From sequence record LR756504.1: a stretch of DNA of 64,000 bases. One strand, written 5' to 3'. This document shows positions 1-10,744 of this stretch, in pieces (the first letter of the stretch is position 1; every line of letters starts with the position of its first letter). The position numbers were made by a program, and so were the translations under genes. A model generated the notes under the pieces. That model was not told the DNA's origin. It did no database searches and saw only the letters and a program-made list of their open reading frames with translations.

Positions 1-481
1 TTTCAGTTGCAATAGGAATTGATGACGATGCAACAACCCATTTGATTGCCGTCTCATAGTCTACTTTAGTAATATCACAATATTCAATTCTAACTAAATT
101 AAGATTTACTGCACCTATTTTTACAATTTTACCAGAATTTTTCATTCTTTCGTGTTGCTCTGGTGTGTAATATTTTTTTAATAGTTTATCTAAAGAATAT
201 TTACCTAAAGATTGTTTTCCTGAAATAACTCTGAATACCGCTTTAAGTGATATTTTACCATTATCTTTTGTTGGTTTAACTTCAAAGAAGTCGTCCTCGG
301 TTGTATTCATAATAGCATTTTCTAAAATATCATAATCTTTAATTGCGATTAGTAATGCTATTATTGATCCTGCTGAAATACCAGTAATGACTTCGTAATC
401 ATTTCGTTTCATGAGCTCTGTAGCTACAGAGCTCAAAAAACTGATCTTAGTTGATCCTCCTGATATAGCTAAACCTTTCAT
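1..481 (-). CDS. Patatin-like phospholipase, N-terminal part (runs off window start; not in ORF track)
   Basis: Manual translation from ATG at 481: MKGLAISGGSTKISF...ITGISAGSII...VVASSSIP; Gly-rich oxyanion loop, G-x-S-x-G nucleophile motif and ASxxIP motif. Confidence 0.85.
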   Translation of the reverse strand, partial: MKGLAISGGSTKISFLSSVATELMKRNDYEVITGISAGSIIALLIAIKDYDILENAIMNTTEDDFFEVKPTKDNGKISLKAVFRVISGKQSLGKYSLDKLLKKYYTPEQHERMKNSGKIVKIGAVNLNLVRIEYCDITKVDYETAIKWVVASSSIPIATE

Positions 482-673
482 ATTTTATCGATAAATTAAT
501 TTATACTTTATATAATAAAAAATGAAAAAGTTTTAATATGGTAAAAAAAACAACAGAGGATTTTTTATTAGATGTTTTAAAAAATAAATATGACTAAATT
601 ATATGCCAAATATTTTTCTTTATATTAAAAACTTATTTGAGCTTTACTTTATAATAGAAAAGAAATACAAAAT

Positions 674-1222
674 ATGATAGTTATACAGCTTATTGCGGGT
701 CCAGGGACAGGAAAATCAACATTAGCACATTCTTTATTTTCAAAATTAAAGAAAAAAGGATTTAATGTAGAATTCGTCTTTGAAATAGCAAAAGAAATGC
801 TTTTCGAAGAAAATAGTGCTATAAAATATCAAATGCAAGTTTTTTCAGAACAGCTTTGGAAATTGAGATCAAAAGAAAGTAAAGTTGATATTATTGTAAC
901 TGATACATCTTTATTATTAGGATTAATATACTCAAGAGAAGAGAATCCACATTTTATACCTATGACAATATGGGAGTATAATCAATATCAAAATATGACA
1001 TATTTTTTAGAAAGAGAAGATTTAGTATATCAACCTCATGGTAGATTCCAAACAGAAGAACAAGCAAAAGAAATTGATACAACAGTATTAAATTTACTAA
1101 AAGAACATAATATAGAATATAAATCAATAAAAAGAAAAGGTGCTAAAAAAACAATTCTCGATGATATTGAAAAAATTTTACAACCTACTTTAGAAACTTT
1201 AAAAGATAATGTAACTGAATAA
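674..1222 (+). CDS. P-loop nucleotide/polynucleotide kinase-like ATPase (AAA_28/NadR-type)
   Basis: Walker A AGPGTGKST at N-terminus, IVTDT Walker B-like strand, R-x-Q lid segment (GRFQTEEQA). Confidence 0.7.
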   Translation: MIVIQLIAGPGTGKSTLAHSLFSKLKKKGFNVEFVFEIAKEMLFEENSAIKYQMQVFSEQLWKLRSKESKVDIIVTDTSLLLGLIYSREENPHFIPMTIWEYNQYQNMTYFLEREDLVYQPHGRFQTEEQAKEIDTTVLNLLKEHNIEYKSIKRKGAKKTILDDIEKILQPTLETLKDNVTE

Positions 1223-1225
1223 TAT

Positions 1226-1720
1226 ATGTTTCAATGTGTCCTTAAAACAGCGATAGATGATAACGACAAAATACAGTGGCAAGCATTGTATGTTGATGGT
1301 AAAAAAGTATTAGAAAACTTTGAAATCGATATAGAGAAAGCTCTACCTATATTCACACCAGGTAACATTGATTATGATGTAGTAGATATGCGAGAAAATG
1401 AATTTTCGGATATTGATAACTCGTTTCCATCAAATGAAGACTTTTATTATTTACTTGACTATAGAGACATTGAAGTTGGTTCTAAAGTATGGTTAGAAGA
1501 TGGTGAGTGGGAAGTATCGGAAGTCGTTGGTGGTTATAGAGAAACTGGTGAGTATGAATATGTTGATTGGAAAGGGTTAACACCATATAAAAAAATGATA
1601 CGCTATTCAGGACATATTATAACAAGATTTAAAGTAAAAGGTAAAAATATAACTTTTGTATGGGAAGATTACAACTATCAACAATCTTATTTATACGAAT
1701 ATTTGAATTGTTTAAAATAA
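1226..1720 (+). CDS. Hypothetical protein
   Basis: 164-aa ORF, coupled to upstream gene, followed by terminator. Confidence 0.6.
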   Translation: MFQCVLKTAIDDNDKIQWQALYVDGKKVLENFEIDIEKALPIFTPGNIDYDVVDMRENEFSDIDNSFPSNEDFYYLLDYRDIEVGSKVWLEDGEWEVSEVVGGYRETGEYEYVDWKGLTPYKKMIRYSGHIITRFKVKGKNITFVWEDYNYQQSYLYEYLNCLK

Positions 1721-1748
1721 AAAAGGGTGAATTAATTCACCCTTTTTT
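1721..1748 (+). terminator. Intrinsic terminator (likely bidirectional)
   Basis: aaaagggtgaat-taa-ttcaccctttttt hairpin with U-tract just after a stop codon. Confidence 0.85.
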
Positions 1749-1808
1749 ATTAGTATAATTTAGGAGAATAGAAAGTAAATATATACTAAAAAGTAAATAA
1801 AATTTTAA

Positions 1809-2810
1809 ATGAGTAAGTTAAAAAGATTGAAATCTTTTAGTGATTATAAACAGGATATGGGAAATACACCAAAATCTACTCCTGTACCATTGGTTTCGGA
1901 AAGAAATTTACATAAAAGTGTAGTTACTAAACAAAGAATGGTGAAAGAATCTGCTTTTAAAGTGGGTGATGATTATAAAGTAAAGGTTACTTTTGATATT
2001 CCTGTATCATTAATATCTGCTTATATTGAAAAAGTACAATCTGAAACAGGTAAAAATGCTTTAGAACATTTTAATGAAACTGAGTTGGCTGAACAAATGG
2101 CTCAATACATACTAAAACAACATTTAAATATTGATCAAATACCGTCAGCATTATCAGTTGGTGAAGATCCTAATAGTTCTGAATCTACAGAAGCGCAAGA
2201 AGAAAATGATGCTACTGATTTAGGTGCTGAATTTGGTGATACGCCATCGGGTGAAACAGCAGAACCAGGTATTGAAGAAACACCATCAACAGATACACCA
2301 TCTAATATTGATATTAATGATTCTGATTTAAATATTGATAAAGAAGAAGATGGAGAAGATATATCATTAGAAGATGATAATAAAGAAGAGGTTGGTGAAG
2401 ACATTCCATTAGAAGATGAAACTTCTGAAGAACCTGAATCCGAAACAAAAGAAGATCAAGATGAAAAAGAAATTAACTTAAAAAGTGATGAAGTAAATCT
2501 TGGTGAAGAAAGAGAGATTGAAGCAAATAAAATAGAAGAACAAGAAGAAGAATATGAAGAAATAAATCTTGATGTTGATACTATTGGTGATACAACAGGT
2601 GTATTGAATAGTGTTACTATGGCTACTAAAGATATGTTATTCTATCTTAAACATCATGGAATAGATTGTACTGATTGTACAGCCAAAGATGTTGTAGATA
2701 TTTATAATGAAATATCAAAAGAATATACAATTGGAATTGATGATGATGGTAATGAAATAAAGCCAAGTCATAAAGAAGATTCCGATTTTAATGATTCTGA
2801 TTTGTACTAA
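1809..2810 (+). CDS. Highly acidic (D/E-rich) protein, possible head-internal/scaffold protein
   Basis: Long low-complexity D/E tract; N-terminal LKSFSDY tag variant; AATATATA at 1778-1785 upstream. Confidence 0.6.
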   Translation: MSKLKRLKSFSDYKQDMGNTPKSTPVPLVSERNLHKSVVTKQRMVKESAFKVGDDYKVKVTFDIPVSLISAYIEKVQSETGKNALEHFNETELAEQMAQYILKQHLNIDQIPSALSVGEDPNSSESTEAQEENDATDLGAEFGDTPSGETAEPGIEETPSTDTPSNIDINDSDLNIDKEEDGEDISLEDDNKEEVGEDIPLEDETSEEPESETKEDQDEKEINLKSDEVNLGEEREIEANKIEEQEEEYEEINLDVDTIGDTTGVLNSVTMATKDMLFYLKHHGIDCTDCTAKDVVDIYNEISKEYTIGIDDDGNEIKPSHKEDSDFNDSDLY

Positions 2811-2829
2811 AAAATAAAAGATAAATGTT

Positions 2830-3099
2830 ATGAGTAAATATAAATATTTAACAAATTTTAAACAATTTGAATCACCTTATGGGAAAGATTCCAATGGTAC
2901 ACAGACATCACATATGTATAAAGTTGGTGATAATGTTATAGTAGATGACATTAACGAAAAACATGCTGGTAAAGAAGGTGTCATTGTAGTACCTACTGAT
3001 TTACATGAAGTAAAAGAAAAACAAGGTGAAATGGTAAAAGTGAAATTTACCGATGGTAAATCGGATTATGTAAGTATCTATGAATTAAACAAGATATAA
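2830..3099 (+). CDS. Small KOW/SH3-like protein with N-terminal tag variant
   Basis: YKVGDNVIV...HAGKEGVIV KOW-like pattern; starts MSKYKYLTNFKQFES. Confidence 0.45.
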   Translation: MSKYKYLTNFKQFESPYGKDSNGTQTSHMYKVGDNVIVDDINEKHAGKEGVIVVPTDLHEVKEKQGEMVKVKFTDGKSDYVSIYELNKI

Positions 3100-3101
3100 T
3101 G

Positions 3102-3128
3102 AAAAGGGAGATTAATTCTCCCTTTTTT
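3102..3128 (+). terminator. Intrinsic terminator
   Basis: aaaagggag-attaatt-ctcccttttt; near-copy of the 1721 terminator. Confidence 0.85.
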
Positions 3129-3400
3129 ATTTCCGAAATTTTTAAAACTTTTTTACACATTTTCCATATATTATAAAGTCTGTGGTAAATTGTGAATTTA
3201 ATATATACATTTATGGCAATAGGTTCAATACCATCAAGACTTTACTTAGATTATGATATGGCTATCCATATTTATAATAAAATGGGAGATATTCAATTTA
3301 TTGATTTCTTAGAAAACCACTATGTAATCTCTATGGATAAAGATTGTTATTATTTTCTTTTAAGTATTAAACAGGATTATGATAAATTAAAAAAGTTTTA

Positions 3401-4378
3401 ATGTCATTTATGAAACAAGATTATTACAACATTTTAGGTGTTGATAAAAACACTTCGCCAGAAGAATTAAAAGCAGCTTATAGAAAAAAAGCAAAAGAAC
3501 ATCATCCAGACAAAGGTGGTGATGCGGAACAATTTAAAATTATCAATTCTGCATATGAAACTCTCTCTGATCCACAAAAAAGGAGAGAATATGATAACCC
3601 GAATCAATTTTCAAATTTCCAAGGTTCTCCTTTCGGTCAAGAGTTTAATTTCGATTTCGATTCAATATTTAATCAATTTAATTTTGGTGGACATAGAAAA
3701 CAAGAATTTAGAGAAGATTTAGATATAAGATTAACTGTAGATATACCGTTTAAAACTATTTACCAAGATAAACCATTAGAAATAAAATACTATAAAAATA
3801 CACCATGTTCTAAATGTAATTATACAGGTGTTGAAGAAAGTGATGATTCTGCTGATTGTTTACATTGTGATGGTAAAGGACATAGTACAAAATTTGGAGG
3901 AAATAAAACAACTTGTAATTATTGTCATGGTTCAGGTAAAATTCATACAAAGGCATGTTCTCAATGTGATGGTAATAAAGTAGAATCTAAATTAGAAACT
4001 ATTACAATGGACAATGTATTTATATTAGGTGAAGAACCACAAAGGATGGCATATAGAGGTAGTGGACACTTTTCTAGATATTATCCTGGTAGAAGAGGTG
4101 ATTTAATAATTTTATTAAACCCTATAGTAGATGGAAAATATTTAAGACAAGGTGTTAATTTATTACACCAATTGGATATAGATTATAGAACAGCAATTGA
4201 AGGTGGTGAAATTGAGTATACGCATCTTGATGACAAAATTTATAAAATAAGAATTTCTGAAAAATCTAATAAAGGAACTAAACTAAAAATGACAGGAAAA
4301 GGATTATTACAAAGAGATAAAAAAACAAGAGGTGATTTAATAATTGAATTATCTATAATTATAAATTATGCAATTTAA
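3401..4378 (+). CDS. dnaJ: DnaJ (Hsp40) chaperone
   Basis: J-domain ([11 protein letters not shown] motif), G/F region, four CxxCxGxG-type zinc motifs, C-terminal GKG...RGDL substrate domain. Confidence 0.95.
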   Translation: MSFMKQDYYNILGVDKNTSPEELKAAYRKKAKEHHPDKGGDAEQFKIINSAYETLSDPQKRREYDNPNQFSNFQGSPFGQEFNFDFDSIFNQFNFGGHRKQEFREDLDIRLTVDIPFKTIYQDKPLEIKYYKNTPCSKCNYTGVEESDDSADCLHCDGKGHSTKFGGNKTTCNYCHGSGKIHTKACSQCDGNKVESKLETITMDNVFILGEEPQRMAYRGSGHFSRYYPGRRGDLIILLNPIVDGKYLRQGVNLLHQLDIDYRTAIEGGEIEYTHLDDKIYKIRISEKSNKGTKLKMTGKGLLQRDKKTRGDLIIELSIIINYAI

Positions 4379-5028
4379 AGATTTGATTGATAATGGTGGT
4401 AGTGGTGTTTATTATAAAAATGTATCCATTATAAAAAAAGAAATAGAAAATATAAATGAAGATTTTATTTCTAAGAAAAGGATTATCCCAAATTCATTAA
4501 AGGATGTTTTACTTGATGAATCAATAACATATTGTTTTAATGAATATTATGTTGATGGTAATATGAAATCATATAGAGATTATAATAATAAATGTACAAG
4601 TGTATCTTTTTATTATGAATATAATGGAACAATATTTCTAAGTATTAAGAAAACGAATAGTGGTAAAATAACACGTAAGTGTATATTTGCGTGGGATGAT
4701 ATTTATATTGAAAGAATTTATAAAGCTATATGTAAAATAGATAGGAATAATATTATTTCAGAAATCGTTAATGAATAAAAATATATAGAAAAATACAACT
4801 ACAATGATGGATATTAAAGATAATTGTACAGAAATGTTAAGAGAAGAAAGAGAAATCTTAATAAAAACATTAATAGATAATTTAGATGAATTGAAAGAAG
4901 ATTTTTATAAAGGACATATTCATATAGACAAAGAATCAATGTTGAGAAAAATTAATGAAATTTGGGATAACTATCAATTTGAAATGAAATATCGTAAGCT
5001 TAAGGCTTTATCAGAAAAGAAATAAATT

Positions 5029-5391
5029 TTAATTATCCTTTAATATAATTAAATATTTTCTATTTGTAATAGGAGATATATTTTCTTTTATTGTCCAATT
5101 ATTATCCGATAATTTCATTTTAAATAATCTTAATCTTATATCACATAAAACATATAAACGAATTTCGGTATAGTTTACACTTTTAATTATATTTTTTATT
5201 TTTTTATAAAAATTTGGTTCAGGTTTTCCAATTTTATTAAATGAATAGGTGTCTGTATCAATATCATAATATGCAATATCTAAATCTACTGTTTTCTTAT
5301 CCCTTTCTTCTAAAATTATTTTATATTCTCCTATATAAAACACATTTTTATTGGAAGAATCGTAATTTTCAAATAATTTGATATATTTCAT
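5029..5391 (-). CDS. Hypothetical protein with N-terminal MKYIKLFEN tag
   Basis: ORF track; TTATATATA motif upstream. Confidence 0.65.
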   Translation of the reverse strand: MKYIKLFENYDSSNKNVFYIGEYKIILEERDKKTVDLDIAYYDIDTDTYSFNKIGKPEPNFYKKIKNIIKSVNYTEIRLYVLCDIRLRLFKMKLSDNNWTIKENISPITNRKYLIILKDN

Positions 5392-5457
5392 ATTTAAATA
5401 TTTAAACTATATATAAAACAAAAATTACTTTTTAAGTAGAATAGTAAATCTTGACAT

Positions 5458-6213
5458 ATGAAAAGCATTAATTTTAAAGCAAGTAAAGAAGAATTTCATA
5501 AATTCTTATATATTATAGAAGAATTAAATAAAATATCAGACACTCATAAAATAAAATGGGAAGGTGATAATGTTTTCATTTATTCTCTTATGGGTGATGA
5601 TGGTACAAATCAGAAAATAGATGTTCTAAAGATATTTATTTTAAAACGTGATGTAGTATTTGCAGAATTTCTTGACGATAACATTACCTGGATAATAATA
5701 AAAACTAAGAGTTGGTTGAAGCAAGTTAAATTTCTTCGTGATGATGATGAAGATGTTGACATTTGCATTAATGTCATAGATAATAAAGTATATTCAGTTC
5801 AATTGAAAACTTCTATTCTACAGATTAATACTATCGCTGGTGATGATGTAATCAAAGATGTTCCAATGTCATTTGTTAAGGAGAGAATGAATCCTAAGTA
5901 TGCCGATTGGACATTCAACGCATCCGAAGATTTAATTAAGAGAGTTAAAAAACTTAATAAGTTAGATCCTTATAATGATATTATATCATTAACATCAATT
6001 GATGGTGAAGTAGTGATTAGAGAAGAAGCATTATGGGATTTAAAGATTACACCAAATGGAACAGTACCATCAAATAATTGGCTATTTAAGAAAGAACATT
6101 TAGAAAGAATTACATTAAATGAAGATGGTGTAGTGTTCGGTGTATTCGAAAGTTATATTTCAGTTAAAGAGAAAGAAAGTACAATGTTATTTACTTTAGA
6201 TTTACTGTCATAA
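5458..6213 (+). CDS. Hypothetical protein, possibly sliding-clamp-like
   Basis: 251 aa, alternating beta-rich two-domain pattern and size similar to gp45/PCNA; no diagnostic motif recognised. Confidence 0.3.
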   Translation: MKSINFKASKEEFHKFLYIIEELNKISDTHKIKWEGDNVFIYSLMGDDGTNQKIDVLKIFILKRDVVFAEFLDDNITWIIIKTKSWLKQVKFLRDDDEDVDICINVIDNKVYSVQLKTSILQINTIAGDDVIKDVPMSFVKERMNPKYADWTFNASEDLIKRVKKLNKLDPYNDIISLTSIDGEVVIREEALWDLKITPNGTVPSNNWLFKKEHLERITLNEDGVVFGVFESYISVKEKESTMLFTLDLLS

Positions 6214-6228
6214 AAATAATAATGATAT

Positions 6229-7164
6229 ATGAAAGATAGTAAAAAACCTAATAAATATTGGACAAAAGAATTGTGTCATATAGAAGCCTTAAAATATGAC
6301 ACAAAAAGAGAATTTGAAAATAAATCTGGTTCAGCGTATGTTACGTCTATAAAAAATAAATGGATTAATGAAATATGTTCACACATGAAAAATTTGGTTA
6401 AACATGGATACTGGGTATTTGAAAAATGTAAAGAAGATGCTCTAAAATATAAAAACAGACAAGATTTTAAAAATAATTCTGGTGGTTATAAAGCATCACT
6501 TAGAAATGGTTGGTTAAATGAAGTTTGTTCACATATGGAAATTCAGGGTAGTAAATATTTGAGATTTATTTATGTGTTTGAGTTTGAAAATAATGCAGTA
6601 TATATAGGATTATCATATAATGTTAAAATAAGATTGAATGAACATTTAAGTAATAAAAAAAGTCAGGTATATAAACATATAGAAAAAACAAATTCTAAAT
6701 ATATTTTAAAAATAGTAAATGATAAACCTATTATTAAAGAAAAAGCACAAATATTAGAACATGAGACAAAATTAAATTACATTAAAGAAGGTTGGATAAT
6801 TCTTAATAAAGCTAAAACAGGTAAAGGATTTGGCTCTCTTGGTGGTAATACTATAAAATGGACATATGAAAAATGTAAAGAAGAATCTCTAAAATATAAA
6901 ACTAAAAGTGAATTTAAAAATAAATCAAATGGTGCTTATAGTTCTTCTGTTAAAAATAATTGGTATAAAAAAATAACCTCACATATGATAGAACTCAAGA
7001 AACCAAATGGTTATTGGACAAAAGAAAAATGTCATGAAGAAGCTTTGAAATATAAATCCAAAATAAATTTTTGTAATGGATCTAAATTTGCTTATTCCAA
7101 ATCTTATAAAGAAGGGTGGTTGCTTGATGTGTGTATTCATATGATAACTTGTTATGATAAATAA
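6229..7164 (+). CDS. GIY-YIG homing endonuclease flanked by repeated helical modules
   Basis: FIYVFEF...VYIGLSYNVKIRLNEH, later E and N catalytic positions; repeats of WTKExCxEEALKYxxxxxF at both ends. Confidence 0.8.
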   Translation: MKDSKKPNKYWTKELCHIEALKYDTKREFENKSGSAYVTSIKNKWINEICSHMKNLVKHGYWVFEKCKEDALKYKNRQDFKNNSGGYKASLRNGWLNEVCSHMEIQGSKYLRFIYVFEFENNAVYIGLSYNVKIRLNEHLSNKKSQVYKHIEKTNSKYILKIVNDKPIIKEKAQILEHETKLNYIKEGWIILNKAKTGKGFGSLGGNTIKWTYEKCKEESLKYKTKSEFKNKSNGAYSSSVKNNWYKKITSHMIELKKPNGYWTKEKCHEEALKYKSKINFCNGSKFAYSKSYKEGWLLDVCIHMITCYDK

Positions 7165-8105
7165 AATGAAACTTGGTGTTTTATACCATGATGGAAAGAT
7201 AGTAAATCACCGTCCTCTATTGAAAGTTTTATTAAATCCGATACTAAGAATGTTCGGAATCTGTATTGGTACTAACTTTAAAGATGGTGTTTTGGGTAGT
7301 ATTATGATTATTAAATGCGAAAAAGTAAATAAATTACAATGGGACTTCACCAATCATAATAAATACGATAAGATAGATAGAAAAAGATTATTTATCTAAA
7401 AAATAATATCACAATGTGTTTGCACTAAAAAAGAATATTTCACAAATTTTAATACCTGCTCTTAGAAAAAATGGTTGTGCATTTGATTTAGCAAAATATA
7501 TTAATAAAAGAAATTTAATAATAAATTCTTTATTGGATGAGGATTGTGAAATCGGAGAAGCCTATTCACCATATTTAAAAGGAAATAAGAAAATAAAAAT
7601 AGTTTTCTTTAATAGTCACCTTGTTTTAAATGATGATTTGAATAATACTTTAGTTAGAATTGATAACTACATGGATGATGTTGATAATACTGTTAATATT
7701 ATTAATGAATATTACCAAGCAAAGTTTTATGAAAAAGATGAAATAAAAGAAATCTTAAAAGATAGAGCAGATGTTGAAAAAATAGAAAAACTACTAGATA
7801 TTTTTTATCCTGATGTTAAAGTAAGAAATTATGGTATTGTTGAAAGTAATTTATATTTATATTTAGGTGCTGGAATTTTTAGTTTTGAAATAAAAACAAC
7901 AGATACTAATAAAAGAAGTTGCTTTACTAAAATACATTTTTATGGTAGATCTAGTGGTAAGTATCAAACAAATAATTACGGGCAAATTTGGAATTTAAAT
8001 TCTAAGTATAGATATTTAATATCATTCTCACAAGATCAATTAGAAATTAATGATTTCAATTTTCATAGATACGTAAAAGCCTATAATAAAAGCAAAACTA
8101 TATAA

Positions 8106-8738
8106 TTATTCAGCAGAATGATTTATGAATCTATTTCTAATAGTTGAGAAGTTTGGTACTGTTTCAATTATAGATGGATTAATTGCGTATGATTTTCCTC
8201 TTGTGTGAAAAATTTCTGATGTGATTACATCTATTGGTCTATCGACTTTTTGTAGTTCTTCTAAATATAAATCATATATAGAATTATTTATAGCATACAT
8301 TTGACAACTCCAAGAACCATTTAATTTTATCAATCTATTACCACTCCAATCGGGCTGTATATGGTGTGTTGATGCAAAATGAAATAGTTCCCAATCAGAA
8401 GGTAAACTAAGCATTGCTTCATCAACCTTTTTATTTGTATTAGGTTTAAATAATAAGTCATCTTCTAAAATAAGAATATTCTTATATCCTTTTGATTTAG
8501 CATCATTGATTATATTAATTGTTGTATAGACAAGCCCAGCAGCACCTTTTGTCCATCCAGGCATTGTAGCAGTATTAGTTTCATCCCAAGTAAAATCAGT
8601 TCTATAACCATCTACACCTGGAAACACTTCAAATTCTAAATTAATTTGAGAGCATTGATATGTTATTAAATTTAATCTGTCTTGACAAATCAACGGTATA
8701 TTTATAACATATGTGTGATCAAAGTATGTATTTATCAT
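8106..8738 (-). CDS. Glycosyltransferase family 25-like
   Basis: YVINIP...DRL, FPGVDG, ILILEDD, PIDV motifs. Confidence 0.8.
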   Translation of the reverse strand: MINTYFDHTYVINIPLICQDRLNLITYQCSQINLEFEVFPGVDGYRTDFTWDETNTATMPGWTKGAAGLVYTTINIINDAKSKGYKNILILEDDLLFKPNTNKKVDEAMLSLPSDWELFHFASTHHIQPDWSGNRLIKLNGSWSCQMYAINNSIYDLYLEELQKVDRPIDVITSEIFHTRGKSYAINPSIIETVPNFSTIRNRFINHSAE

Positions 8739-8753
8739 ATTAATATTTATTTT

Positions 8754-10457
8754 TTATGAAATAGAAATAGTAGTTATTGCCCCAGCATTGTCAATTGAAA
8801 TATACCATAACGTATTATCTGGACTTCTACCACTAATTACACTATCAGCTATTGGGTTATTATATGTTTGTGTAGCATCTGAATATACATTAAATGTGGA
8901 GTTAGAAATTGTACTATTAAAAGTTATATTTTTTACAGTATTATTAAATGCGATATTAGTACAAGTATTATTTATTATTAAATTTGTGCAATTTATTGCG
9001 AATTTACCAACCGTTACTGAACCTGATGTAGATACTGAAATATTATTACAACCTGTTGCAAATTCAGTAGATGAAATAATACCATCAATTATAATATCAT
9101 TACACCCTATATTAAATTCATTGTTAAATAATGTACCATAAGAAACAACACTTTTAGAATTCTTAATCTGTGAACAGTTATTAGATATTCTATTACTTAT
9201 TGCCCATAACATAAAGTTGTCGGTGCAATTATTACCAAGTGAATTATTAGATGAATTGTAAATAACATTATTGCTATTACTTGCGCCAAGTGTATTATTT
9301 TTTCCATATTGATTAATATGATTAGATGTAGAGAAATCGCCGATGGTGTTATAAGATGAAATCATATTTAAATAATTATTAGAGCAATTTGATTTTAATG
9401 TATTATATCTTGCCATATAACCAATGTAATTATTAATACCAGTTTTACCTATTGTATTACCGTGTGCCATACCACCAATAAAGAAATATGTGTTATTACT
9501 ATCTACGTATGTGTTGTTTGATGAGTTGATAATAAAATTATTACATCCATAATTTACTGTTGATAAATCTGGTGATATATTATCAACTTCATCAGATATT
9601 GTTCCATTAAAACAATTTTGTTCAATTTGTATATTAACACCCCTTTTAATTACAATATTATTATATGCTATTGATATATTCTTTTTAACATAACTATTTT
9701 TAACATTATTTTCAAATGTAAAATATTCAGTTGGAGTATTTGCAGCATAAACAGTACCCCCCAAAAAAGTAATTACTTGATCCCATGATAACATGTTTGC
9801 TAAATCGAGTTGTTCCCAATATTTAGAAAGTAAATCATCTGAAAATGTTCCACTTGTATGTGCTGTCCTACATCTATAAAGAACACTACTTTGGTTAACT
9901 ATTGTACCTATACCGTAAGGAGTTGATGTTACCCATGCAGTAAATAAACCTATAGTTATAGGGTATCTAACAAACTTAACAGTTCTAATATCATAATAAG
10001 CAAAGTTATTATTAACAGTATCGTGTCTAAATGTTATTTTACCATTTCTTGGTGTTGACGAATCTTCACAAAGAATATCCTGAAAATCATAATGAATTAA
10101 ATCAGTGGGGAATAATGTTGAATATGCTTGTTTATGAAAAGTATTTGTAGAAACAGATAGTACAAGTAAAGGCTCTGTAGTACCAGTTTTTATTGTGGTT
10201 GTGATAGGTTGTTGATATTTTGTTACATAATCACTTATTGAATAGAATTTACCCACTGATAGATTGCTGTTTGATACTAAAGTCGCTAAATTTGCATACG
10301 TTATAGCTTCAGTATTAATTAAATCATTTGAGTTAAGAATGGATGATATTTTACCATTTGTACCAAAAACTGGAATAGTACCCGAAGTACCATTAATGGT
10401 TTTTGAAATTAATTCTTCATTAACGTTATAATTACCAAAAGCTGATTTAAAAGACAT
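8754..10457 (-). CDS. Tail-fibre/structural protein with CBM-like insert and Asn-rich beta-helix repeats
   Basis: AWVTSTPYGIGTIV...YRCRTAHTS...YWEQL carbohydrate-binding-like module; repeated NxIGxxxxNN; TAATATATA motif upstream (10479-10486). Confidence 0.6.
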   Translation of the reverse strand: MSFKSAFGNYNVNEELISKTINGTSGTIPVFGTNGKISSILNSNDLINTEAITYANLATLVSNSNLSVGKFYSISDYVTKYQQPITTTIKTGTTEPLLVLSVSTNTFHKQAYSTLFPTDLIHYDFQDILCEDSSTPRNGKITFRHDTVNNNFAYYDIRTVKFVRYPITIGLFTAWVTSTPYGIGTIVNQSSVLYRCRTAHTSGTFSDDLLSKYWEQLDLANMLSWDQVITFLGGTVYAANTPTEYFTFENNVKNSYVKKNISIAYNNIVIKRGVNIQIEQNCFNGTISDEVDNISPDLSTVNYGCNNFIINSSNNTYVDSNNTYFFIGGMAHGNTIGKTGINNYIGYMARYNTLKSNCSNNYLNMISSYNTIGDFSTSNHINQYGKNNTLGASNSNNVIYNSSNNSLGNNCTDNFMLWAISNRISNNCSQIKNSKSVVSYGTLFNNEFNIGCNDIIIDGIISSTEFATGCNNISVSTSGSVTVGKFAINCTNLIINNTCTNIAFNNTVKNITFNSTISNSTFNVYSDATQTYNNPIADSVISGRSPDNTLWYISIDNAGAITTISIS

Positions 10458-10744
10458 TAATTATTAATCTATTTTAGGTATATATTATTTTTCTATACCT
10501 TTAAAAACGATTATAAATTTCGCCATTTTTTAATTTCGTTGACTTTTTGCATTTTGTCCCATGCTCTAGTATTAATACTTGTTAAGTGATATGAACCGCA
10601 TTTGGTGCAAAGATAAGAGCGTGATTCTTGCTTTTCCTTGGATTTATACACCTTATTATTTTTAATGTTTAAAAGGACTCTATCAGCTTCATGTTTAGTA
10701 AAGTATTTTCTTTTGAGGCATCCCATAGCTCACAGGGGTTTAGG

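Noticed and set aside
2135-2404. Ser-rich antisense ORF and similar shadows (3516, 8788, 10638, 11193, 15631, 35032, 44198, 52761, 53832, 54290, 55294, 58364, 62834)
   Set aside because: They overlap stronger genes in another frame or strand and have compositions expected from antisense or alternate-frame reading.
5458-6213. Confident call as DNA polymerase sliding clamp
   Set aside because: Only size and pattern are suggestive; needs an HMM or structure search.
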